DNA of 64,000 nucleotides from Escherichia coli (GTDB lineage Bacteria; Pseudomonadota; Gammaproteobacteria; Enterobacterales; Enterobacteriaceae): NCBI RefSeq assembly GCF_050320075.1, contig NZ_CP190018.1; one strand, 5' to 3'. Shown piece by piece: positions 23,353 to 33,100 of this stretch (position 1 is its first letter; each line of letters starts with the position of its first letter). The notes under the pieces were generated by a model. It saw only the letters and a program-made list of their open reading frames with translations, ran no database searches and was not told where the DNA came from. The position numbers and the translations under genes were made by a program.

Positions 23353-23808
23353 ATGAATTCGTTATCCCGCACACAAAAACCACGGGCAGGTTTTACCCTG
23401 CTGGAAGTGATGGTGGTGATTGTTATTCTTGGCGTCCTGGCAAGTCTGGTGGTGCCTAACCTGTTGGGCAATAAAGAGAAAGCGGATCGGCAAAAAGCCA
23501 TCAGCGATATCGTGGCGCTGGAGAACGCGCTGGATATGTACCGACTGGATAACGGGCGTTATCCGACCACAGAACAGGGGCTGGAGGCGTTGATCCAGCA
23601 ACCAGCCAATATGGCGGACTCCCGCAACTACCGTACTGGTGGATACATTAAACGACTGCCAAAAGATCCGTGGGGCAATGATTATCAGTATCTCAGCCCG
23701 GGTGAAAAAGGGCTGTTTGATGTTTATACCCTGGGGGCAGATGGTCAGGAAAACGGGGAAGGCGCTGGCGCAGATATCGGTAACTGGAATTTGCAGGAGT
23801 TTCAGTAA
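23353..23808 (+). CDS. gspG: T2SS major pseudopilin
   Basis: Track ORF 23326..23808; start at MNSLSRTQKPRAGFTLLEVMVV; prepilin cleavage motif G/FTLLE. Confidence 0.92.
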   Translation: MNSLSRTQKPRAGFTLLEVMVVIVILGVLASLVVPNLLGNKEKADRQKAISDIVALENALDMYRLDNGRYPTTEQGLEALIQQPANMADSRNYRTGGYIKRLPKDPWGNDYQYLSPGEKGLFDVYTLGADGQENGEGAGADIGNWNLQEFQ

Positions 23809-23811
23809 TCA

Positions 23812-24375
23812 GTGCCTGAACGCGGATTCACTCTTCTGGAAATCATGCTGGTGATTTTCCTTATCGGCCTTGCCAGTGCGGGCGTGGTGCAGACTTTTGC
23901 GACCGATTCTGAACCGCCTGCGAAAAAAGCAGCGCAGGATTTTCTGACTCGCTTTGCGCAGTTTAAAGACAGGGCAGTGATCGAAGGGCAGACACTCGGT
24001 GTACTAATCGACCCGCCGGGATACCAGTTTATGCAGCGTCGTCAGGGGCAGTGGTTGCCCGTTTCTGCGACCCGGTTATCGGCACAGGTTACGGTGCCGA
24101 AACAGGTGCAGATGCTGTTACAACCCGGAAGTGATATCTGGCAGAAGGAATATGCGCTGGAGCTGCAGCGTCGTCGCCTGACGCTGCACGATATTGAACT
24201 GGAGCTGCAAAAAGAGGCGAAAAAGAAGACGCCGCAGATCCGTTTTTCGCCTTTTGAACCCGCCACGCCGTTTACGCTGCGCTTCTACTCGGCGGTGCAA
24301 AACGCATGTTGGGCGGTAAAACTGGCACACGATGGCGCGTTATCCCTCAATCAATGTGATGAGAGGATGCGATGA
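23812..24375 (+). CDS. gspH: T2SS minor pseudopilin H
   Basis: 187 aa; RGFTLLEIMLV prepilin leader. Confidence 0.85.
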   Translation: MPERGFTLLEIMLVIFLIGLASAGVVQTFATDSEPPAKKAAQDFLTRFAQFKDRAVIEGQTLGVLIDPPGYQFMQRRQGQWLPVSATRLSAQVTVPKQVQMLLQPGSDIWQKEYALELQRRRLTLHDIELELQKEAKKKTPQIRFSPFEPATPFTLRFYSAVQNACWAVKLAHDGALSLNQCDERMR

Positions 24376-24743
24376 AGCGCGGATTTACCTTGCTGGAAGT
24401 GATGCTCGCGCTGGCGATTTTTGCGCTGGCTGCCACGGCGGTGTTACAGATTGCCAGCGGCGCGCTGAGTAATCAGCACGTTCTTGAGGAAAAAACGGTA
24501 GCGGGGTGGGTGGCTGAAAACCAGACCGCGCTGCTCTACCTGATGACCCGCGAGCAGCGGGCGGTCAGGCATCAGGGCGAGAGCGATATGGCAGGAAGCC
24601 GCTGGTACTGGCGAACCACACCGCTGAGTACAGGCAACGCGCTACTCCAGGCGGTGGATATTGAAGTCAGCCGTCACGAAGACTTTTCGTCGGTGATTCA
24701 GTCACGACGCGCCTGGTTTAGCGCCGTGGGAGGCCAACAGTGA
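24372..24743 (+). CDS. gspI: T2SS minor pseudopilin I
   Basis: 123 aa; KRGFTLLEVMLA prepilin leader. Confidence 0.85.
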   Translation: MKRGFTLLEVMLALAIFALAATAVLQIASGALSNQHVLEEKTVAGWVAENQTALLYLMTREQRAVRHQGESDMAGSRWYWRTTPLSTGNALLQAVDIEVSRHEDFSSVIQSRRAWFSAVGGQQ

Positions 24744-25345
24744 GAAGGACTCGCGCTGGTTTCACGTTACTGGAAATGCTGGTGGCGATAGCCATTTTTG
24801 CCTCGCTGGCACTGATGGCGCAGCAGGTGACTAACGGCGTCACACGCGTGAATAGTGCCGTCGCCGATCACGATCAAAAACTAAACCTCATGCAGCAAAC
24901 GATGAGTTTTCTGACCCACGATCTGACACAAATGATGCCGCGTCCGGTAAGAGGCGATCAGGGCCAGCGTGAACCAGCGTTACTGGCTGGCGCTGGCGTG
25001 CTGGCGTCTGAGAGTGAAGGGATGCGCTTTGTGCGCGGCGGCGTGGTTAATCCGTTGATGCGTCTGCCGCGCAGTAATCTGCTCACCGTCGGTTACCGCA
25101 TTCATGACGGTTATCTCGAACGGTTAGCCTGGCCGCTGACCGACGCAGCAGGCAGCGTGAAGCCGACAATGCAAAAGTTGATTCCGGCGGATTCGCTTCG
25201 TTTGCAGTTCTATGATGGTATGCGCTGGCAGGAGAGCTGGTCGTCAGTACAGGCGATCCCCGTGGCGGTACGCATAACCCTGCATTCGCCGCAGTGGGGC
25301 GAAATTGAACGCATCTGGTTGTTACGCGGGCCGCAATTATCATGA
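24740..25345 (+). CDS. gspJ: T2SS minor pseudopilin J
   Basis: 201 aa; RAGFTLLEMLVA prepilin leader. Confidence 0.85.
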   Translation: MRRTRAGFTLLEMLVAIAIFASLALMAQQVTNGVTRVNSAVADHDQKLNLMQQTMSFLTHDLTQMMPRPVRGDQGQREPALLAGAGVLASESEGMRFVRGGVVNPLMRLPRSNLLTVGYRIHDGYLERLAWPLTDAAGSVKPTMQKLIPADSLRLQFYDGMRWQESWSSVQAIPVAVRITLHSPQWGEIERIWLLRGPQLS

Positions 25346-26319
25346 TCACCTCACCACCAAAACGCGGAATGGCACTGGTCGTGGTGCTGGTATTGCTGGC
25401 GGTTATGATGCTGGTGACCATCACGCTTTCCGGGCGAATGCAGCAACAACTTGGGCGAACGCGCAGCCAGCAGGAGTACCAGCAGGCGCTGTGGTACAGC
25501 GCCAGTGCAGAAAGCCTGGCGTTGAGCGCACTCAGTCTGAGCCTGAAAAATGAAAAACGTGTGCATCTGGCACAGCCGTGGGCTTCTGGCCCTCGTTTTT
25601 TCCCACTGCCGCAGGGGCAAATCGCCGTCACTCTGCGTGACGCACAGGCCTGCTTTAACCTGAATGCCCTCGCTCAGCCGACGACGGCGTCGCGTCCTAT
25701 TGCGGTACAACAACTGATTGCCCTGATATCACGCCTCAATGTGCCTGCTTATCGGGCCGAACTGATAGCCGAAAGCCTGTGGGAGTTTATTGACGAAGAC
25801 CGCAGCGTGCAGACGCGTCTGGGCCGTGAAGACAGCGAGTATCTCGCCCGTTCGGTGCCGTTTTACGCTGCCAATCAACCGCTGGCTGATATCAGCGAGA
25901 TGCGCGTGGTGCAGGGAATGGACGCCGGACTTTATCAAAAACTGAAACCGCTGGTCTGTGCGCTGCCGATGACCCGCCAGCAAATCAACATCAATACCCT
26001 GGACGTCGCGCAAAGTGTGATTCTTGAGGCGCTGTTTGACCCGTGGTTAAGCCCTGTTCAGGCGCGGGCGTTATTACAACAACGTCCGGCGAAGGGCTGG
26101 GAAGATGTCGATCAGTTTCTTGCGCAGCCGCTACTTGCTGACGTCGATGAGCGTACTAAAAAACAGCTAAAAACCGTCCTGAGCGTGGACAGCAATTACT
26201 TCTGGCTGCGTTCAGATATCACCGTGAATGAGATTGAACTGACGATGAACTCGTTAATTGTCCGCATGGGCCCACAACACTTTTCGGTTCTCTGGCATCA
26301 GACAGGAGAAAGTGAGTGA
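25342..26319 (+). CDS. gspK: T2SS minor pseudopilin K
   Basis: 325 aa; order and overlapping junctions. Confidence 0.85.
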   Translation: MITSPPKRGMALVVVLVLLAVMMLVTITLSGRMQQQLGRTRSQQEYQQALWYSASAESLALSALSLSLKNEKRVHLAQPWASGPRFFPLPQGQIAVTLRDAQACFNLNALAQPTTASRPIAVQQLIALISRLNVPAYRAELIAESLWEFIDEDRSVQTRLGREDSEYLARSVPFYAANQPLADISEMRVVQGMDAGLYQKLKPLVCALPMTRQQININTLDVAQSVILEALFDPWLSPVQARALLQQRPAKGWEDVDQFLAQPLLADVDERTKKQLKTVLSVDSNYFWLRSDITVNEIELTMNSLIVRMGPQHFSVLWHQTGESE

Positions 26320-27494
26320 GTTCCATGCTTGAGATTTTTATCCCGCTTTGCGCCTCCGATCCCATCCGTTGGCAGCACCGTACCACCGACGTGGAGCACG
26401 GCATCTGGTCTGACGTTGACAACGAACAGCTCCAGCAATGGCTGCAAACTGATGCGATTCGACTCTACATTCCCGGCGAATGGATCAGCGTCTGGCAGGT
26501 TGAACTGCCTGATATCCCCCGCAAGCAGATACCGACTATTCTGCCCGCCTTGCTGGAAGAAGAGCTGAACCAGGATATCGATGAACTGCATTTCGCCCCG
26601 TTGAAAATCGACCAGCAACTGGCAACCGTAGCAGTGATTCACCAACAGCATATGCGCAACATTGCGCAGTGGTTGCAGGCAAACGGCATCACCCGCGCTA
26701 CCGTCGCGCCGGACTGGATGTCCATTCCTTGTGGGTTTATGGCTGGCGATGCGCAACGGGTTATCTGCCGCATCGATGAATGCCGGGGATGGAGCGCCGG
26801 GCGGGCGCTGGCTCCGGTCATGTTCCGCGCACAGCTCAATGAGCAGGATTTACCGCTTTTACTAACCGTGGTCGGCATTGCACCGGAAGAACTGTCTGCA
26901 TGGGCTGGTGCAGACGCCGAACGCCTGACCGTTACGGCTCTGCCCGCCATTACCACTTATGGCGAACCGGAAGGGAACCTGCTAACAGGGCCGTGGCAGC
27001 CTCGGGTCAGCTACCGAAAACAGTGGGCGCGCTGGCGGGTGATGATTCTGCCGGTATTGCTGATTCTGGTTGCGCTGGCAGTGGAACGGGGCGTGACGTT
27101 ATGGAGCATCAGCGAACAGGTGGCGCAAAGCCGCACCCAGGCGGAAAAAAAGTTCTTAACACTGTTCCCGGAGCAGAAGCGGATTGTGAATTTGCGTTCC
27201 CAGGTGACGATGGCGCTGAAAAAATATCGCCCGCAGGCCGACGATACCCGGCTGCTCGCAGAATTGTCAGCGATCGCCAGTACCCTGAAAACGGCGTCAC
27301 TTTCCGACATCGAAATGCGTGGTTTCACCTTTGATCAAAAACGCCAGACTCTTCACCTCCAGCTGCGGGCCGCGAACTTTGCCAGCTTCGACAAACTGCG
27401 TAGCGCACTGGCAACCGATTATGTTGTGCAACAGGACGCATTACAGAAAGAGGGTGATGCGGTTTCCGGCGGCGTAACGTTGCGGAGGAAATAA
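26316..27494 (+). CDS. gspL: T2SS protein L
   Basis: 392 aa; order. Confidence 0.85.
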   Translation: MSSMLEIFIPLCASDPIRWQHRTTDVEHGIWSDVDNEQLQQWLQTDAIRLYIPGEWISVWQVELPDIPRKQIPTILPALLEEELNQDIDELHFAPLKIDQQLATVAVIHQQHMRNIAQWLQANGITRATVAPDWMSIPCGFMAGDAQRVICRIDECRGWSAGRALAPVMFRAQLNEQDLPLLLTVVGIAPEELSAWAGADAERLTVTALPAITTYGEPEGNLLTGPWQPRVSYRKQWARWRVMILPVLLILVALAVERGVTLWSISEQVAQSRTQAEKKFLTLFPEQKRIVNLRSQVTMALKKYRPQADDTRLLAELSAIASTLKTASLSDIEMRGFTFDQKRQTLHLQLRAANFASFDKLRSALATDYVVQQDALQKEGDAVSGGVTLRRK

Positions 27495-27495
27495 C

Positions 27496-28032
27496 ATGTT
27501 ACGCGATAAATTTATTCACTATTTTCAGCAATGGCGTGAACGCCAGTTAAGCCGTGGCGAACACTGGCTGGCACAACACCTGGTGGGGCGTTCGCCGCGT
27601 GAAAAGGGCATGTTACTGGCAGCGGTGGTGTTCCTGTTTAGCGCCGGATATTACGTCCTCATCTGGCAGCCTTTGAGCGAACGGATAGAACAACAGGAGA
27701 CGATGTTGCAGCAGCTGGTGGCGATGAACACCCGACTGAAGAACGCCGCGCCGGATATTATTGCAGCGCGAAAATCTGCCACAACAACGCCTGCGCAGGT
27801 ATCGCGGGTCATCAGTGACAGTGCTTCCGCGCACTCGGTGGTCATCAAGCGGATAGCCGAGCGTGGGGAGAATATTCAAGTCTGGATAGATCCGGTGGTG
27901 TTTAATGACCTGCTGAACTGGTTAAAAGCACTGGATGAAAAATATGCGCTGCGGGTGACACAAATTGATGTCAGTGCTGCTGAGAAGACTGGGATGGTGA
28001 ATGTGCAGCGGCTGGAGTTTGGGCGGGGGTAG
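27496..28032 (+). CDS. gspM: T2SS protein M
   Basis: 178 aa; single TM helix; last gene of operon. Confidence 0.85.
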   Translation: MLRDKFIHYFQQWRERQLSRGEHWLAQHLVGRSPREKGMLLAAVVFLFSAGYYVLIWQPLSERIEQQETMLQQLVAMNTRLKNAAPDIIAARKSATTTPAQVSRVISDSASAHSVVIKRIAERGENIQVWIDPVVFNDLLNWLKALDEKYALRVTQIDVSAAEKTGMVNVQRLEFGRG

Positions 28033-28298
28033 GTATTAAAAACTATAAACATTAGTGATATTAAACGTATTATCAAGATTCATTAGCTATTACTTTAACC
28101 TTGATATGTTCCTTATTATATTAAAGTCAGAGTAAGTTGCATATATAAATGAATTATGAACCTACTGAGTAAATTTTTATAGATGTGATTAATAAAGGAA
28201 TATCGATAACCGATTAATATTACAACAATTTGATGAGGCTTACATGTCAAAAAGAATCAACAAATAATTATATCAGAAAAAGTTATATTATCTTATTG

Positions 28299-28320
28299 AA
28301 GGCCTCTTTAAAGAGGCCTT
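28299..28320. other. perfect 11-bp-arm inverted repeat AAGGCCTCTTT/AAAGAGGCCTT
   Basis: Read directly; about 270 bp downstream of gspM; no flanking T-tract on either strand. Confidence 0.5.
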
Positions 28321-28710
28321 GCGTGGGCGAAGCGTTCTATGTAACAGTACATGCAACTGGGGTAACTTTTCTTTAAAGGGTATTTTTTCGAACGTGTATT
28401 AGGAAAAGTATTTACATAGAGTGATATTCAGGTTGTAATAAGTTACCTTTGTTACAGTTACGTGGTGTGTGTTTTGTGGTGGATTGTTGGCCTCCTGATT
28501 ATCGTTGTTGTGTTTGTTATCTTAGTGGTCAGGTCTCGTATGCAGGATATGGATGATGATTATTGATAAAAATGTTATCATAAAATTTATAGAGGTATTA
28601 TATTGAATAAGTAAAATATAATGTTGTATTGAACTTTTTACTATTTTTATTGTAAAAAGACCCGCTTTAATTTTATGCATTTTTGAGAGTCTGACCAAAT
28701 AATGGTGTTT

Positions 28711-28908
28711 TCAATATTCCTCTAGCGTCATATTGTTCAGTGATTTATGCGGGTGTTCACAGTTGTATTCTAGCAACCATTTTCCCTTGATTCCCCACAC
28801 TTCATTCAGTATTCTGGGCAGATGAAAATTGAGTGTTTCTGTACGGGATGTCCGGTTAAAACACTCAATGAAAGCGTACTGCGTCAGCTTACTTGGTTGG
28901 ATAAACAT
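28711..28908 (-). mobile_element. IS3-family transposase C-terminal remnant (integrase-core tail)
   Basis: 65-aa ORF IECFNRTSRTETLNFHL...WLLEYNCEHPHKSLNNMTLEEY matches the conserved ESFN...LN...YN.ERPHSSLG.TP.E tail of IS3-family OrfB; no upstream transposase body. Confidence 0.6.
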
Positions 28909-28933
28909 GCAGTAAAACTGGAGTTTATCCAGT

Positions 28934-28960
28934 TACAAAAAAAATAATGCGCATTATTAA
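28934..28960 (-). terminator. candidate intrinsic terminator for the capsule region-2 transcript
   Basis: 16-bp palindrome AATAATGCGCATTATT followed on the minus strand by an 8-T tract; downstream of the 29013 stop. Confidence 0.45.
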
Positions 28961-28978
28961 TAACACGCATTAAATATA

Positions 28979-29035
28979 GATTAATTCTTTAATTCTTTAA
29001 TTCTTTAATTCTTTAATTCTTTAATTCTTTAATTA
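28979..29035. repeat. tandem 9-bp repeat (TTAATTCTT)x6, overlapping the 3' end of the 29013..30179 gene
   Basis: Read directly; on the coding (minus) strand each unit is AAGAATTAA, i.e. K-N-stop. Confidence 0.85.
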
Positions 29036-30179
29036 ATTCGCTATAACTTTTATAAATAATATCTAAAACCCTAATTAAATCATTTTTATACCTCAGGTTA
29101 TCAGGTTTTATAGAATATGCCTTTTTTAAGTATAGCTCAGAGGTTTTGTAGTCCTTAACTTTTTCAAAAATTAACCCTATATGATGGTATGCTGGAGCAT
29201 AATTTGGATCTTCGTTGATACAGCACTTATAATTATTGATGGCTTCATCAAATTTATTCACATGATTCAATGCTATTCCAAGTTCAAAATATGTATCGCG
29301 GTTTTTCGCTATTTTTACAGATCTTGTTAAAAACGGTAAGGCTGCTGCTGGTTTTTTTTGTCGAGTTAAAGCCATGCCATAATATAAATTATATAGTGGG
29401 TTTGTTATATTATTGTGTTTTACAGAATCAAGAACTTCAATGGCTTGGTCGTACTTTCTGTTTCTGATTAGTACATAGGCATTATAAATTTCATGTATGT
29501 TGTACTTTGAAAAATAATCTTTTCCTGAATATTCGCAATGAAATATCTTTGTTGCTTCGTTATCATTCTTTATCACAGTTTCAATAAATTTATCAATTTT
29601 AATAAAGTTCTCATGAATACTTTTTGTTACATTATGACCAGTGTTTTTTATTATTATGATGTGGATATTTTCTAATGTATATGGCAGTAACGATGCATTA
29701 TATAGATCGATTATGTCAAGCTCACCTGAAAATATATAAAACGTTGTGTCGGTGGCATTAGAAAACAAATTTGTTAAATCATGATATTTAACTTTAATGT
29801 CTTCGGGCATATGTAATTTACTTCGGCTAAAAGGGAGTTGTAAAACATATTCTGCCCCGAAACAAATTACATGTTTTGCTTTATTTTTAATTCCATATAA
29901 CGCTGCTCCCGTTCCTCCCATTGAACTACCAATATATATTGTATTTTTTTTCTTAGTAATGGATTTTATTGCGTCAACGCTATCTTCTAATGAAGAACCC
30001 ATACTTGGGATATTATGTTGATACCAATGATTTCTATCAATATTAATAAAGGTTTTCTTTCCCGGGAAGGAACTTAGTATTTTGTAAAGAGTGAATTTTC
30101 CTTTAGGTGTATTAAGTGCGGAAAAAATAACAAGGTGAGTATCAAATTCGTCATCTTTATGTAAAATGAAAGGGTTCAT
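29013..30179 (-). CDS. capsule region-2 protein: N-terminal alpha/beta-hydrolase domain (nucleophile elbow GSSMGG, later D and GH motifs) fused to C-terminal TPR-like repeats; candidate polysaccharide O-acyltransferase/esterase
   Basis: 388-aa ORF; strongly AT-rich codon usage; GxSxG plus ordered Ser-Asp-His candidates; located after kpsT. Confidence 0.75.
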   Translation of the reverse strand: MNPFILHKDDEFDTHLVIFSALNTPKGKFTLYKILSSFPGKKTFINIDRNHWYQHNIPSMGSSLEDSVDAIKSITKKKNTIYIGSSMGGTGAALYGIKNKAKHVICFGAEYVLQLPFSRSKLHMPEDIKVKYHDLTNLFSNATDTTFYIFSGELDIIDLYNASLLPYTLENIHIIIIKNTGHNVTKSIHENFIKIDKFIETVIKNDNEATKIFHCEYSGKDYFSKYNIHEIYNAYVLIRNRKYDQAIEVLDSVKHNNITNPLYNLYYGMALTRQKKPAAALPFLTRSVKIAKNRDTYFELGIALNHVNKFDEAINNYKCCINEDPNYAPAYHHIGLIFEKVKDYKTSELYLKKAYSIKPDNLRYKNDLIRVLDIIYKSYSELIKELKN

Positions 30180-30183
30180 ACGA

Positions 30184-33100
30184 TTATCTCAAACAATCAT
30201 TTTTAATAATTAAAATTTCTTTATCCCAATTATGAGAATATTTTATTTTTTGGTTTTTTTCCCCATTAGGTCCTTTAAGTGCATCATTTTTATTGAGGCT
30301 AAAACCGAGCACGTCATCATTTGCTAATTTTCCGTTAATTTCTTTTATCCAAGATAAAACTTGAACTCCTCCGCTTGGCGGTGATGATATTTTTTTACAT
30401 AACGACTGGTAAATATCAAATGGAATACAGGTAGTAGGAATATTTGACTTATAAAAATCGTAGAAAAAGTCAAATGCTGAAGGAGAACGGTCTATATGAT
30501 TAGTACCCGTTATTATAACAGCTTTTAAGCCAGCTAAAGACTTTCTAGAGACTTCTTCAAATGAAGGTGATTTTACCCAAATGTCAGTTTTTACTCCTAT
30601 ATCAGCTCTTCGGTTAAGGCTCGTATCGTAGCTATTAAATCTAATTACGATATTGCACTTATTTATCTCTTTTCCCTTTTTAATCCCTCTTTGGTTTGGT
30701 GAATTACCTATGATTTTAATATTATCTTTGTTTTTCTTTAATAAAGAAACTATGATATCTTTGCTATTTTCCACAAAATTATAACACCGAGCCAGTTCTC
30801 TGATATATTCACCTTCATCGAAGTCTAAAGATGAAATATAATTTTCGTCATTACTAATGATATTGGCCAATCGAAGATATTGTTTCTTTCTGAAAATGGA
30901 AGGTGATTTTGCTATACACTTTTTAGCGAGAATTATAGCATCTTGATAATTTCCACTTTCGGCAAGTATTGATGATAAATCAAATTGTTGATCTATCGTA
31001 AGATTCGCTGTGATGGGTGACTTAGCAAATTTTACCATCTCTTTGTTTATGCCAAAATAAATCCATTTTGTTCTGTAATATAGATAGGAAAGAGTTGGCG
31101 TGTATTTTTCTATTGGTTTTACTCGCTTATAAGCATTATCTAATTCGCTTCCAAATTTTCGCTTTGCTATGAGCGGGCGAATGGTGTCAGAAAAAAGCCA
31201 ATTATTAAAGTTTTTATTTAACCTTAATATTATTTCATTTTTTTTATTTTTTTTCAAGAGCATGTCTTGAGCGAATTTTTTTGGGGATTTAATCAATTTT
31301 AATATTTTTTTATTAGGTATATGGGGTGGAGTTGTTTTTATATAATTCATTGGTGGTTGTTGTTCTTGAGAAGGAAGTTGCTTTTTTCGTTGTGTTGGTG
31401 GATTCATAATAGCTTCAATTAAAGGGTATAGAGATATTTCAAAACCATCCCAATGCCCCTTGTCATATATATCAGATACTGGGAGTTGGCGTATTTTTAA
31501 ATATTCTAAGAAAATATCTCTTCGTTTTTTGGGGATATGTATGTTAGATAACCAGCGTTCTTTTATATTTCCGTCATGGCATTCAACAACTATTCCTTTA
31601 TTTTGAAAAATGCCATAACCTAATGAATATATATTAACTGGGTATTGCATTGCTTCTATTATAACAGTTGAGTTAACGGCGATTAATGCTAACGAATCAC
31701 TTAAACTATTTGATAATTTTTCTTCGTTATCAAAGCTTATATTATCTAATTTTTCAATTGAATAGTTGTTTTTATCCCGAGGATGCTTTCTTATTACAAT
31801 ATGAATATCTTTAGGAAGTGAGGTGCGTATATGATAAATTAGTTCCTGATGACTGAGTTGAAGTGGATATGATTCTTTATCTAAAGTAGTATCTCCGGGT
31901 AGTTGCAGTGCAAGAATCACTTTTTTACTATAAGAAGTTAGAATCGTTTCATTATTGTCAATTGTATAATTATGCGTTAGTTCTTCTAGTGATTTAAATC
32001 GGATACTACTTTTATAGTTTGCGCCCATATAATCAAAATATATATTTCCATTTTGTGGTAACCATCCTAATTCAGAATAAACAGTGGGTATAGAGCGAAG
32101 CGAATAAAGTTCATCTAAAGCATTATTAAAAAATTTAGTGTTGCCATTAAATATAAATAGCATATTCGGATTAGATGCTAGAAAGTCTTCAGAAAGTTTC
32201 CTCAAATTAAATCGCCAATCATAAAATGTATAGTTTTTGGGAGATATTGGGAATTTTCTCGAGAATTTGGTATTGTAATTTAACTCTTTTCTGGAAACGA
32301 AATGATAGTTATTTATTACTGAGCTTAAAAGCCCGCCCCACATCTCTTGTGAGTGTTCATTCATCATAGACAGACCAAATACATCTAGTTTATTATCTAG
32401 ATAATTAGATGCGGCATTTTTGTATGCTAACTTTATTGAGGTATCTGATGCAGTATAAAGATTGTTCTTTATATTCTTGCTTATACATAGGGAATTATTG
32501 CCATTAATTATATTAATTATATTTGAGATATATTTCCTATTGTTTTCAAGTATAAATTCTTCAACGATTTTTCGGTTAGGCGGTAACTGTGATAGCTTGT
32601 CAATTACAGCTGCACTAAAAGTTATTAAATCTTGATAGTGTATTAACGTTAAAAGCTCTGCTGGGTAACATTCTGAAAACCCCCCTACGTCCCAAGCCAC
32701 AACATGACATGAACAACTAATCGCTTCAGCCGCTACTAAACTAAAACTTTCAAATCGACTAGGGATTATACATACTTTTGATTTTTTCAATAGTTCTAAT
32801 TTTGTTTCATTATCAACCCACCCTAAAAATTCAACATTACATTTAGAATTGATAAGATTAACATAATCTTTTTCGGTAATGTTAATGCCAATAATCTTAA
32901 TGTTTATATTATTTGGAAAGTGAGATATTAATTTTGAAAGATAATCGCTTCCTTTTACTAAATCAAGCCGTCCTACAAAAATAACATCAATATCTTTGCA
33001 AGTAACTTCTTGATACATAAAAGGTATAGGGTTGGGAAAAATAGCTACATTGGGTAAAGAAAAACCGTATGCTTGGTAGTTTTTTAGACTTGGTGATGAA

